Shown piece by piece: positions 8,408 to 17,642 of a stretch of 64,000 nt of DNA (the stretch's first letter is position 1; each line of letters starts with the position of its first letter). The translations under genes and the position numbers were made by a program. Below the pieces are notes generated by a model. The model saw nothing but the letters and a program-made list of their open reading frames with translations, was not told where the DNA came from and searched no databases. The stretch lies in NCBI GenBank assembly GCA_031404435.1, contig JANNHO010000339.1:543-64542 (forward strand), given 5' to 3'. The stretch comes from Acidimicrobiaceae bacterium (GTDB taxonomy: Bacteria; Actinomycetota; Acidimicrobiia; Acidimicrobiales; Ilumatobacteraceae).

Positions 8408-9679
8408 ATGACGTCGACGTTTGCGCAGCAGTTGATCCTCGATCGCGACATGTATGCGGCCGACCCGCACCAGTTCTTCACCTGGTTGCGCGCCAACCAG
8501 CCGGTGTACTGCGACCCTGCCGGGATGTGGACGCTCACCAAACATCACGACATCCGCACCGCCGAGCGCCAGCCACTGCTGTTTTCGAATGCGCTGGGTT
8601 CGCGCCCGAACGGGATGCCGCAGCCGTCGCTGATCGACAGCGACGACCCGTGGCACGCCGCGCAACGCCGCCTCGTTGCCCAGGGCTTCACGTACCGCCA
8701 GATGCAGCTCTACGAGGCGCATGTGGTCGAAGTGGCCCGGCGGCTCGTCGACGATGTGATCGCCGTCGGCTCCAGCTCAGGCTCCAGCTCCGGTTCGTGC
8801 GATGTGGTCGAGGCATTCGCCAAACCGCTGCCGATGATGCTGATCGGCGAGATGCTCGGTGCATCGCCCGATCACTATGAGCGGTTGCAGCACTGGAGCG
8901 ACCAGATGATCGCCGGTTCGGACGGACCGGAGCGGGTCACCGACGACGTCATCGGCGCGGCGTTCGCGTACTACGCATACATCACCGAGGTCATCGCCGA
9001 CCGGCGTGCTCACCCGCGTGACGACCTCGTCAGTACGCTCGTGCACGCGTCGCTCGGCAGCGGCACGCCCGGTGCCAGTTGGGGTGCCAGTGGTGCATCG
9101 GGTGCCGACACGCTGCTCGACGACGACCACATCGTCGGGAACGCGCTGCTGCTGCTGGTCGGCGGGAACGAAACCACCCGGAGCGTCATCGCCGGTGGGT
9201 TGCATGCGCTGCTCACCCATCCCGAGCAGATGGCGGTGGCGCTCGATTCTGTCCGCTCGGGCGGGATCAGTCCGGCTGCGGTTGAGGAATGCCTGCGCTG
9301 GGTGACGCCGATCAACAACATGAACCGGGTGACGACGGCCGATGTGGAGATGCGCGGTGTGACCATTCCCGCCGGCTCACAGGTGCTGATGTCGTACATC
9401 TCGGCCAACCGTGACGAGGATGTTTTCGACAACCCGTTCCGCTTCGACGTGAGTCGCGACCCGAATCCGCACCTGGCGTTCGGCTTCGGTCCGCATCTGT
9501 GCCTCGGCGCGCAGCTCGCCCGCTTGGAGCTACGCGTGATCCTCACCGAAGTGCTCGGCCGCCTGCCCGACCTGCGCCTGACGAGCCCCGACGATCCGCC
9601 GACGTTCACGCATTCGTCGTTCGTCCGCGGTATCCAGTCCCTCCCGGTCACGTTCGGCGGCAGGTCGAAGATTCAGTAG
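8408..9679 (+). CDS. cytochrome P450
   Basis: FGFGPHLCLGAQLA heme-thiolate loop, the GGNETT I-helix motif, and ECLRW (ExxR). Confidence 0.9.
   Translation: MTSTFAQQLILDRDMYAADPHQFFTWLRANQPVYCDPAGMWTLTKHHDIRTAERQPLLFSNALGSRPNGMPQPSLIDSDDPWHAAQRRLVAQGFTYRQMQLYEAHVVEVARRLVDDVIAVGSSSGSSSGSCDVVEAFAKPLPMMLIGEMLGASPDHYERLQHWSDQMIAGSDGPERVTDDVIGAAFAYYAYITEVIADRRAHPRDDLVSTLVHASLGSGTPGASWGASGASGADTLLDDDHIVGNALLLLVGGNETTRSVIAGGLHALLTHPEQMAVALDSVRSGGISPAAVEECLRWVTPINNMNRVTTADVEMRGVTIPAGSQVLMSYISANRDEDVFDNPFRFDVSRDPNPHLAFGFGPHLCLGAQLARLELRVILTEVLGRLPDLRLTSPDDPPTFTHSSFVRGIQSLPVTFGGRSKIQ
8768..8791 (+). repeat. 12-bp x2 in-frame tandem duplication inside the P450 (GSSSGSSS)
   Basis: ggctccagctca / ggctccagctcc are adjacent copies. 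Confidence 0.8.
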
Positions 9680-9695
9680 CGGGGTAGAGCGGGGC

Positions 9696-11067
9696 TCAGT
9701 TGGGTGGGTCTGGTGGGTCGTCGGTGTCGTGGCACTCCTTGCGCATTCGCCAGCGAAGTTTGGCGCGGAGTTGGTCGAGGTGATCGACGGTTCGTTCGGG
9801 CAGTGGGGTGCCGCCGTGGTCGTGGAGTCGGTGGTCGCGGTTGTGGGGGCGGCATTCGATTTTGGCGTTCCATTGGCTGGTGGGACCGCCACGGGAGTAG
9901 GGGGATGATGTGGTCGACGTCGCAGTCGTCGGCGGGGGTATCGCATTGTGAGGGGTGTTGGCAGCGACGGTCGCGTACTTGAATGGCGCGGCGGATGGCA
10001 CCGGTGAAGGTTCGGCGTGAGGAGACGGAGATGATCGTGGATGGTCCGTCGAAGAGGACGCACTCGATGTCGGATTCGGTGAGGTGGGCAAGGAGCTGGT
10101 TGGGCGTGATGACGATGCCGTTGCTGAGTTCGCAGAGCCGGTCGAGTGTCTTCTCGCCGACGACGACGGTGAACAGCGGGCGTGGGCGGCGTCCATCAGC
10201 CGGCGCGGTAGCGGAACGTGTGGCCATTTCGATCAGGGCTGCGGCGCGGCGTTGGGCGGGTGTGCGGTTGGTTCCGGCGGTTTGATCGGCGAGGCGGATC
10301 TGTTCGGCAAGACGGTTCAGTTCGTGCTCAATGATGGTGCCGCCAATCGCGTCGAACACCCCATCGAGGACGAGGATGTCGTCGATGGTGCGTGAGGCAT
10401 ACAACCGCGAATCGACAGGCGCGCTGGCGTCGGCTGTACCGAAGTCGGTAGTCGAGTCATCGGTTGCCGGGCCGGCAGCATTGTTCGGCTCGGCGATCGG
10501 GTCGTCGGCTTTGGGGTCGTTCCCGGGCGTTGATTCGGCGCGATGTTGGTCGCTGAGTTCTTCGTCGGTTTGGTTGGCCCAGTAGCGGACGGCCCGTGCT
10601 CCGTCAGCGAACGACAGCCTGACGCATCGGTTGACGAGAATTGCTTCGTCGCGTTCGAACAGCGCCCGCCGTTTGGGGGTGTTGACGTGGGCGAGGAGAT
10701 CAAGGTGGTCGGTGCTGAGCCGGCCTTCGACGACGGCGGTGCGGGTGAGTGGGAGGTGGCCGATGCGTCGTGCTCGGCGGAGCTCCCCGCTCGTCGAGCG
10801 AACGGCGGCGCGAGTTTCGCGGGCGAGTCGGTTGGCTGCGCTGCGGGATCCATCTGTTTGCCATATCCGGCGGGTGTCCCACTCGGCGAGTAGACCGGCG
10901 GCAGCGACCGATAGCCGCGATCGCTCGGCCCGCACACGCGCGACCAGATCGTGCAGGTTTGCGTCGTCGAGGGATCCCGGATCGAGGTCCAACAACTGGG
11001 ATGTGGCATCGTGCAGCGGTGCATGTGGCTCCGCCGACCACTGGGATGCGACCACAGCGCTGAACAT
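9696..11067 (-). pseudogene. DUF222/HNH endonuclease (13E12-repeat-family type), disrupted by a +1 frameshift
   Basis: DUF222-like N-terminus from ATG 11067. Frame 9673..11094 reads ..CDVDHIIP and then nonsense. After the run of five G (plus strand 9900-9904), frame 9696..10196 continues YSRGGPTSQWNAKIECRPHNRDHRLHDHGG, the canonical HNH core. Confidence 0.75.
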
Positions 11068-11133
11068 GATTCGATCATCGCATGGGGGTGTCACAGAGTT
11101 ATCGGGATCCGGCCCAGCCGCCAGGGCAGCAGA

Positions 11134-11604
11134 TCAGTGCAGCCAGCGCGAGATCGATTCGACCACGCACACGGGCTTGCTGACGCCGTCAGCTTCGATG
11201 GTGATCGTCATCGTGGTTTGCAGCCCGCCTGGAACGTCCGCGACATCGGTGAGCTGTGCGCCGGCACGGACCCGCGAGCCGACCGGCACGGGCGCGGGAA
11301 AACGCACACGGTTGGTGCCGTAGTTGACTCCGGCGGCGAAGCCGGTGACCTCGACGATCTGCGGGAGGAACAGGTTGGACAACGACAGCGTGAGGTAGCC
11401 GTGGGCGATCGGTGCGCCGAACGGGCCGGCGGTGGCGCGCACTGGATCGATGTGGATCCACTGGTGGTCGCCGGTCGACTCGGCGAAGGCGTCGATGCGC
11501 TGCTGGTCGATCAGCAACCAGTCGCTGTAGCCGAGGTGCCGGCCGAGCGCAGCGCGTACCTCGTCGGGACCGTCAAGCACGGTGGCGGCCACGCTCACGC
11601 TCAC
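11134..11604 (-). CDS. MaoC-like (R)-hydratase/dehydratase
   Basis: DQQRIDAFAESTGDHQWIHIDP..A..GPFG.PIAHG hot-dog motif. GTG 11604 overlaps the upstream TGA. Confidence 0.8.
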   Translation of the reverse strand: MSVSVAATVLDGPDEVRAALGRHLGYSDWLLIDQQRIDAFAESTGDHQWIHIDPVRATAGPFGAPIAHGYLTLSLSNLFLPQIVEVTGFAAGVNYGTNRVRFPAPVPVGSRVRAGAQLTDVADVPGGLQTTMTITIEADGVSKPVCVVESISRWLH

Positions 11605-12665
11605 GCTCCCAGCCGGGCGAGCACCACTTCGGCTTCGGCGATGATCCGATCGATGAGTTCGTGGCATGACGGCAGGTCGTCGATCACTCCGACAACCTGG
11701 CCGCTGGCCATCACGCCGCTGGCGGTGTTGCCGTCGACAAGGGCAGCCTTCAGCAGCATCGGGGTGTTCGCCGCCATCAACATCTGCGCGTAGCTGAGGT
11801 TGCCGGCAGCGCGCATTGCCGTTCCCTCGCGCCACATCTGACGCAGCGTCAGGCCGGTCATCGTCTTGAACCGGTTGGCGTTTAGCGCGGCCCGCCCCAG
11901 TGACAGAACCTTGCCGCGGCCCGATTCGAGTTGGTCGATGAGCTCGGTGTTGAGCACCCGGTGCGGCACCCCGTCGACCTGCTTGGTGACGGTGGTGTCG
12001 GCAACACCTTTAGCGAGGTAGTAGTCCTTCACCGACTGCGGCACCGCCGAATCGCTGGTGAGCAGGAACCGTGTTCCCATGGCGATGCCATCGGCGCCGT
12101 AGGCCAGCGCAGCGACAAGGCCGCGGCCGTCGAAGAACCCGCCGGCGGCGATGACCGGCACCCGGCCCTGCACGGCGTCGACCACCTGCGGCAACAGGAT
12201 GCTGGTCGGCACCGACCCGGTGTGGCCGCCGCCCTCGCCACCTTGCACGAGCACCGCGTCGACACCCCACTGCAGCACCTTCTCGGCGTGGCGCTTCGCC
12301 CCGATCGAGGGGACGACGAGCACACCGCCATCGTGCAGGCGCGAGATGAGCGCCTCCTTCGGCGCCTGCGCGAACGACGCCACGCGCACGCCCTGGTCGA
12401 TGAGTAGCGCGACCCGGTCGTCGATGTCGTGTGCGTCGGCACGTAGGTTGACCCCGAACGGTCGATCGGTTCGAGAGCGCACCTCGGCCACCGCTGCTCG
12501 CAGCTGGGCGAAGTCCATCGTCGCGCTGGCGAGGATGCCGAGCGCACCGGCGTTGGCCGTTGCCGCAACCAACCGTGGACCGGCGACCCAGCCCATCCCG
12601 GTTTGCACGATCGGCACCGTCACGCCGAACAAGTCGCACACACCCGTGCGCAGCGTGGCGTGCAT
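11601..12665 (-). CDS. ipdC: nitronate monooxygenase-family flavoenzyme, IpdC (Rv3553)-like
   Basis: PIVQTGMGWVAGPRLVAA and GGEGGGHTG NMO motifs. It sits directly after ipdAB, as in mycobacteria. Confidence 0.75.
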   Translation of the reverse strand: MHATLRTGVCDLFGVTVPIVQTGMGWVAGPRLVAATANAGALGILASATMDFAQLRAAVAEVRSRTDRPFGVNLRADAHDIDDRVALLIDQGVRVASFAQAPKEALISRLHDGGVLVVPSIGAKRHAEKVLQWGVDAVLVQGGEGGGHTGSVPTSILLPQVVDAVQGRVPVIAAGGFFDGRGLVAALAYGADGIAMGTRFLLTSDSAVPQSVKDYYLAKGVADTTVTKQVDGVPHRVLNTELIDQLESGRGKVLSLGRAALNANRFKTMTGLTLRQMWREGTAMRAAGNLSYAQMLMAANTPMLLKAALVDGNTASGVMASGQVVGVIDDLPSCHELIDRIIAEAEVVLARLGA

Positions 12666-12667
12666 CG

Positions 12668-13420
12668 CTACTGCGGGTCCGGGACTTCGCGCAGGCGCAG
12701 CCCCCGCGGGTCGAGCCGGTTGATCGTCGCCAGCTCAGTCTCGGAGGGGGAGCGGCTGGTAGGGACGTCGGCAGGGACTACGAGATCGAACCCGGTGGCA
12801 GCCATTACGTCGGCGACCGCCACTCCGGGGTGCACGCTGCGCAGTCGCATCCGCCGCTCCTTGCACTCGAAGTCGAGTACCGCAAGGTTGGTCACCACCC
12901 GACGCAGATCGTGATGCGCCTGCACCCACTCACCGAGCGCCTCGGCGCGGTCGTAGCCGATGCCGCTGACCATGTCGACCATCGCGGTGAACACCGCCGG
13001 GGTGTGCTTGGGGATCCAGAAGCTCGTCGCGTGATTGATGGTGTTACCGGGGCCGCCGCGCACGCCGAGCAGCTGTGCCTTCGGCTTCGCCCACGGCCCG
13101 ATGTTGGCAATGTTGGTATTGCCCCGCGGGTCGATCTGCGATGCACCCATCATCACGTGCCGGCGTCCACCCCAGAGCGTGTCGAACACCGTGCGGAACG
13201 GGATCCAGCCCTCAACCAGTTTGTCGGGGCCGCCGATTGGAAGTTCGTTGCCGACGAAGAAGGCCTCGCCGTCGCTGACCATCAGGTCGGGTTCGAACGT
13301 GCTGCGCGCCAGCCGTGCCCCGAGCATCGGGATCGTGCCCATCCCCGAGGCGAAGATCTCGCCGTCACCACGAAACGCCTCGGCTGCGGCAACCACGACG
13401 ATGTCGGCTAGCAGTGTCAT
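12668..13420 (-). CDS. ipdB: CoA-transferase beta subunit, IpdB-like
   Basis: Track ORF trimmed to ATG 13420 (ATGA overlap with the ipdA stop). Glutaconate-CoA-transferase-like beta subunit pattern and synteny. Confidence 0.8.
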   Translation of the reverse strand: MTLLADIVVVAAAEAFRGDGEIFASGMGTIPMLGARLARSTFEPDLMVSDGEAFFVGNELPIGGPDKLVEGWIPFRTVFDTLWGGRRHVMMGASQIDPRGNTNIANIGPWAKPKAQLLGVRGGPGNTINHATSFWIPKHTPAVFTAMVDMVSGIGYDRAEALGEWVQAHHDLRRVVTNLAVLDFECKERRMRLRSVHPGVAVADVMAATGFDLVVPADVPTSRSPSETELATINRLDPRGLRLREVPDPQ

Positions 13421-14289
13421 TGCGCTGCGCTCCACTCGGCAACTGCGGCCTGGTAGCGGCCCTCGTCGCCGCCGAGGAACTGTTTGGTGAACGCTTCCCA
13501 GCGGCCGGCATCGGTGGCCGCGGTCGCGTAGTGCTTCTGGAACGACTCGTCGCGTTCGTAGTCAGGCTGGCAGTTGGTGAAGTGGGCACCGTTTGGCGCT
13601 TCGATCACGCCGTCGACCATCGAACGGTTGATCCGCAAGGTGTGGAACGTCCCTTCATCGAGCAGCGACTCAGTCGCGATCACGCGTTCACACGACACGA
13701 AGCGTCGGCCCGGTTCGCACGCGCCGAGGAACAGATCGTCGAAGTACAGATCGGGGCCGAGGAACTGGGCGTTGCCCGATTGATCGGACCGGTTGAGGTG
13801 CACGAACGCGGCGTCGAGGCGGATCGCCGGAACCGCCAGCAGCTCCTCGCCGTCGGCGTACGGCGAGCGGACCGTCCGCAGCGACGGGTTGACGTCGACC
13901 ACCCCGGATCCGAGGCCCGACCGTGTCGGCAGGAACGGAAGGCGCAACGACCCGGCGTACAGCGCCCACTGCAACATGCCCTCGTCGTACTCGACGCACT
14001 CGGCGATGGTGCCGTTCTGGCGGGCGGCGCGGAAGTGCGGTTCGAGCGGGATCGAATCGAGCGAGACGAAGCCGTAGACCAGCTTGCGGATTTTGCCCGC
14101 CGCAGCGAGTAGCCCGACATCGGGGCCACCGTAGGAGACGACGGTGAGGTCGGTGAGCGGGCTGCGCAGCAACGCGCGCACGAGCGACATCGGCTTGCGC
14201 CGGCTGCCCCACCCACCGATGCCGATGGTCATCCCGCTGTCGAGCGTGGCGATCGCGTCGTCGTGGCAGATCCGCTTGTCGCGACTCAC
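13417..14289 (-). CDS. ipdA: CoA-transferase alpha subunit, IpdA-like
   Basis: MTIGIGGWGSRRKPMSLVRALLRS..DLTVVSYGGPDVGLL..GFVSLDS..LPFLPTRSGLGS closely parallels M. tuberculosis IpdA (Rv3551) as recalled. Confidence 0.88.
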   Translation of the reverse strand: MSRDKRICHDDAIATLDSGMTIGIGGWGSRRKPMSLVRALLRSPLTDLTVVSYGGPDVGLLAAAGKIRKLVYGFVSLDSIPLEPHFRAARQNGTIAECVEYDEGMLQWALYAGSLRLPFLPTRSGLGSGVVDVNPSLRTVRSPYADGEELLAVPAIRLDAAFVHLNRSDQSGNAQFLGPDLYFDDLFLGACEPGRRFVSCERVIATESLLDEGTFHTLRINRSMVDGVIEAPNGAHFTNCQPDYERDESFQKHYATAATDAGRWEAFTKQFLGGDEGRYQAAVAEWSAAQ

Positions 14290-15056
14290 CGGTCGCTTCC
14301 AGTTTCGGTGGCCTTGGTTGTGCCGGCGAAATCATCGCGCAGTTCGTCGGCGACACCGCTGAGGTTGAGCTCGAACGTGAAGCCCTGTTCGAAGCGGTAG
14401 CTCCTCTTCACATCCCACAAGTCGATGCCGTTGAGGCTCTCCTTCGCGGCCCGGATCACCGTCGGCGACTTCGCCGCGATCTGCGCGGCTACAGCGATCG
14501 CTGCGTGGCGCAGCTCGGCCCGTCGCACCACCGCGTGAACGCTGCCGAAGTGGTGCAGCTCGGCCGCGGTGGCTGTCGCCGAGGTGTACACCATCGCCCG
14601 CATCTTGTGCTGGGGGACCAGACGCGACAGGTGCGTCGCCGCGCCGAGCGCGCCACGGTCCACCTCTGGCAGCCCGAAGTAGGCGTCGTCACTGGCGACG
14701 ATGATGTCGGCGTTACCGGCCAGGCCGATCCCGCCGCCGAGGCAGAACCCGTGCACCGCGGCGATCACCGGCACCGCACAGTCGTACACCGCGGCGAACG
14801 CTGCGTAGCAGCCCTTGTTGGCGCCAATGAGCGCGCTGAAGCCGGTGGTGTTCTGCATCTCCTTGATGTCGACGCCAGCGTTGTAGCCCTTGCCCTCGGC
14901 GCGCAACACGACCACGCGCACGGTTTCGTTGCGGCCGGCCGCGCTGACCTGGTCGGCCACCTCGAACCACTGCGCGACCGTGAGGGCGTTGACTGGCGGG
15001 CAGTCCATCACGATCTCGGCGATGCCGCGGTCGTCGATGCTCGTCACGATCCCCAT
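14286..15056 (-). CDS. echA20: enoyl-CoA hydratase/isomerase, EchA20-like
   Basis: Crotonase fold (GKGYNAGVDIKE, HGFCLGGGIGLAG). First gene of the echA20-ipdABC order, with a 4-nt overlap with ipdA. Confidence 0.82.
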   Translation of the reverse strand: MGIVTSIDDRGIAEIVMDCPPVNALTVAQWFEVADQVSAAGRNETVRVVVLRAEGKGYNAGVDIKEMQNTTGFSALIGANKGCYAAFAAVYDCAVPVIAAVHGFCLGGGIGLAGNADIIVASDDAYFGLPEVDRGALGAATHLSRLVPQHKMRAMVYTSATATAAELHHFGSVHAVVRRAELRHAAIAVAAQIAAKSPTVIRAAKESLNGIDLWDVKRSYRFEQGFTFELNLSGVADELRDDFAGTTKATETGSDR

Positions 15057-15075
15057 GCGGCGATGGTACCCGCGA

Positions 15076-15092
15076 TCTGACGCCCCGTCAGA
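15076..15092. promoter_or_regulatory. palindromic operator candidate TCTGACG-CCC-CGTCAGA (copy 2)
   Basis: Exact 7+7 inverted repeat in the 106-nt divergent gap between echA20 (start 15056) and the acyl-CoA ligase (start 15163). Confidence 0.65.
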
Positions 15093-15162
15093 AACGGAAC
15101 GGGTCTACGGCGAGGTCGGCTACGGTACCGCAGCACATTTCGATGAACCCGGGGGATACACG

Positions 15163-16758
15163 ATGAACGACGTACACGAGGCCGACGCCGCGACGGTGAC
15201 CAAGGAACTCATCTATCACCGGTTCTTCCTGCCCACGGCGCGACGCAATGCCGACCGGCCGTGCACGACGAACGCAGCGACCGGTGTCACCCGAACATAC
15301 GCTCAACACCTTGACCGGGTGGGCCGTGCGATCGGCGGGTTACAAGGGCTCGGCGTCGGCCGTGGCGACCGGTTCGCGTTGATGATGGCGAACTCGCCGG
15401 AGTACCTCGAGTTGTTCCACGCAGCGATGCTCGGCGGTGGTGTGGTCAACCCGTTGAACCTGCGCTTTGCCCCGAACGAGTTGGCGTACGTGCTGAAGGA
15501 CTCGGGCAGCACCGTGTGCTTCGTCGACAAGATGTTCGCACCGCTGATCGACGCGGTGAAGGAGGCCGCCGGTCTCGAGCACGTGATCCTCGTCGGCGAC
15601 GGCGACGTCGCGCACACGATGAGCTACGAGGCGATGCTTGCCGCGTCGGAGCCGGTCATTCCAGAGGAAGGCGAGGAGTCCGACCCGGTCGTGCTGATGT
15701 ACACCGGCGGGACAACAGGGTTGCCGAAGGGCGTGCTGTCGAGCCAGCGGGCGCAGATCCTCAACGCCTACCACTGCCGGATGGGTTTGCCGTTCAACCG
15801 TGACACCAAGTACTTGATGTTGACGCCGATGTTTCATGCTGCTTCGACGTTCGCGATGGTCCTCGCATCGGCCGTTGGCGGACACATGGTGACCGTGCCG
15901 ATGTTCGAGCCATCGGCAGCGATGCGGGCGATCCGCGAACATCGCCCGACGCTGACGGTGATGGTGCCGACGATGATCGGGATGGTGCTGGCGCACCCGG
16001 AGTTCACCGCTGATGCGCTGGACTGCGTCAACGACTTGGGCTATGGCGCCTCTCCGATGCCGACGGTGCTGCTCGAGAAGTTGGCCGCGCTGTACCCGGC
16101 GCTGAACCTGTGGCAGGTGTACGGCATGACCGAGGCATCGCCCGCGCTGACGATGCTGACACCCGCCGATCACCGCGCTGGCGGTGCGCTGCTGAAGTCG
16201 GCAGGCATGGCGGTGCCGGGTGTCGTGCTGTCGATCCGCGACGCTGACGGCAACGAAGTCGCAGACGGTGAGCCGGGGGAGGTGTGCGCCCGCGGTGGCA
16301 ACTACATGATCGAGTACTGGAACAAGCCCGAGGCGACCGTCGAAGCGTTTACCGGGGGTTGGTACCACACCGGTGACGCCGGCTACATCGACGCCGAGGG
16401 CTACCTGTTCCTCGTCGACCGCGTGAAGGACATGATCGTGACCGGCGGTGAGAACGTGTACTCCTCCGAGGTCGAGAACGCGATTGCCAGCCACCCGGCC
16501 GTGCTGCAGGTTGCCGTCATCGGTGTTCCGAGCGACGAGTGGGGCGAAGCGGTGCATGCGATCGTCGTGCTCCGCCCGGATGCAACCGCCACCGAGGCCG
16601 AGATCATCACCCTCGCTCGGCGGTCGATCGCCGGGTTCATGCTGGGCTTGTCCGTTTCGTTCGGCGCCGATCCGCTGCCGCTGTCAGGTGCGATGAAGGT
16701 CCTCAAGCGTGAACTGCGCGCCCCCTACTGGGAGGGCCACGAGCGCCGGGTCGGCTGA
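15163..16758 (+). CDS. acyl-CoA synthetase / AMP-dependent ligase (FadD family)
   Basis: Track ORF 14890..16758 trimmed to ATG 15163 (GGGGGA RBS region). LMYTGGTTGLPKGV AMP-binding motif, YGMTE, GWYHTGD, TGGENV. Confidence 0.85.
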   Translation: MNDVHEADAATVTKELIYHRFFLPTARRNADRPCTTNAATGVTRTYAQHLDRVGRAIGGLQGLGVGRGDRFALMMANSPEYLELFHAAMLGGGVVNPLNLRFAPNELAYVLKDSGSTVCFVDKMFAPLIDAVKEAAGLEHVILVGDGDVAHTMSYEAMLAASEPVIPEEGEESDPVVLMYTGGTTGLPKGVLSSQRAQILNAYHCRMGLPFNRDTKYLMLTPMFHAASTFAMVLASAVGGHMVTVPMFEPSAAMRAIREHRPTLTVMVPTMIGMVLAHPEFTADALDCVNDLGYGASPMPTVLLEKLAALYPALNLWQVYGMTEASPALTMLTPADHRAGGALLKSAGMAVPGVVLSIRDADGNEVADGEPGEVCARGGNYMIEYWNKPEATVEAFTGGWYHTGDAGYIDAEGYLFLVDRVKDMIVTGGENVYSSEVENAIASHPAVLQVAVIGVPSDEWGEAVHAIVVLRPDATATEAEIITLARRSIAGFMLGLSVSFGADPLPLSGAMKVLKRELRAPYWEGHERRVG

Positions 16759-16799
16759 CTGGCACGTTGGCAGGCCGGGTCGCAATCTAGAGTCCGCAC

Positions 16800-17582
16800 G
16801 TGGGTACCGCGACGTTTGATTTCACCGGCGATGTCGTGCTGATCACGGGCGGCACGAAAGGTGTCGGTCGCGGCATCGCTGCACGTTTCGAGCAGGCAGG
16901 CGCGCAGGTGGTGGTATGTGCTCGTTCTGCCGGCGACAATCCTCTGCCGGATACGTGGGACTTTCGGGCCGCTGATCTTCGCGACGGTGAGCAGGCGTGG
17001 GGACTGGTCGACGGCATCGTTGCCACACATGGTCACATCGACGTGGTGATCAACAATGCCGGCGGTTCGCCCCCGGTCGAGACGGCGAGCGCGGCACCGC
17101 GGCTGACCGAGCGGATCGTCGCGTTGAACCTGCTGGCCCCGCTCTACATCAGCCAGCGGGCCAATCACCACATGCAGGGTCAGGCCGGGGGAGGGGCGAT
17201 CGTCAACATCGGCAGCGTCTCCGCGCAGCGGCAGTCGCCGACCGCAGCGGCATACGGTGCGGCCAAGGCCGGCATGGCGAACTTCGCAATGACCGCGGCG
17301 CACGAGTGGGCGCCGAAGGTGCGGATCAACACGGTGATGGCAGGGATCATCCGTACCGAGCAAGCGGCCATGCACTACGGCGACGACGCGGCCATCGCTC
17401 GGATCGAGGGGATCATCCCCATGGGACGGATGGCCACCCCCGACGACATCGCCGATGCGTGCATGTACCTCGCGTCTTCGGCCGCGGCGTATGCCACCGG
17501 CGCCACCGTGCTGCTCGACGGCGGTGGCGACCGACCGGCGTTTCTCGCCGCACTGGAAGCGAACGACGTTCCCACGGGCTGA
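16800..17582 (+). CDS. SDR family oxidoreductase
   Basis: VLITGGTKGVGRGIA, NNAG, S..Q....YGAAKAG motifs. Confidence 0.85.
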   Translation: MGTATFDFTGDVVLITGGTKGVGRGIAARFEQAGAQVVVCARSAGDNPLPDTWDFRAADLRDGEQAWGLVDGIVATHGHIDVVINNAGGSPPVETASAAPRLTERIVALNLLAPLYISQRANHHMQGQAGGGAIVNIGSVSAQRQSPTAAAYGAAKAGMANFAMTAAHEWAPKVRINTVMAGIIRTEQAAMHYGDDAAIARIEGIIPMGRMATPDDIADACMYLASSAAAYATGATVLLDGGGDRPAFLAALEANDVPTG

Positions 17583-17592
17583 AGGTGACGAA

Positions 17593-17609
17593 TCTGACGT
17601 TGCGTCAGA
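17593..17609. promoter_or_regulatory. palindromic operator candidate TCTGACG-TTG-CGTCAGA (copy 3)
   Basis: Exact 7+7 inverted repeat (AATCTGACGTTGCGTCAGAT) between the SDR stop (17582) and the next ligase start. Confidence 0.6.
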
Positions 17610-17642
17610 TGCTCGCGACTGGTGCTGGCTACCATCGCCGCC

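Noticed and set aside
11179-11193. GCTGACG-C-CGTCAGC palindrome, resembling the cluster operator
   Set aside because: The spacer is 1 nt rather than 3, the flanking T/A positions differ, and it lies well inside the MaoC coding sequence. It is most likely a coincidence of codon usage.
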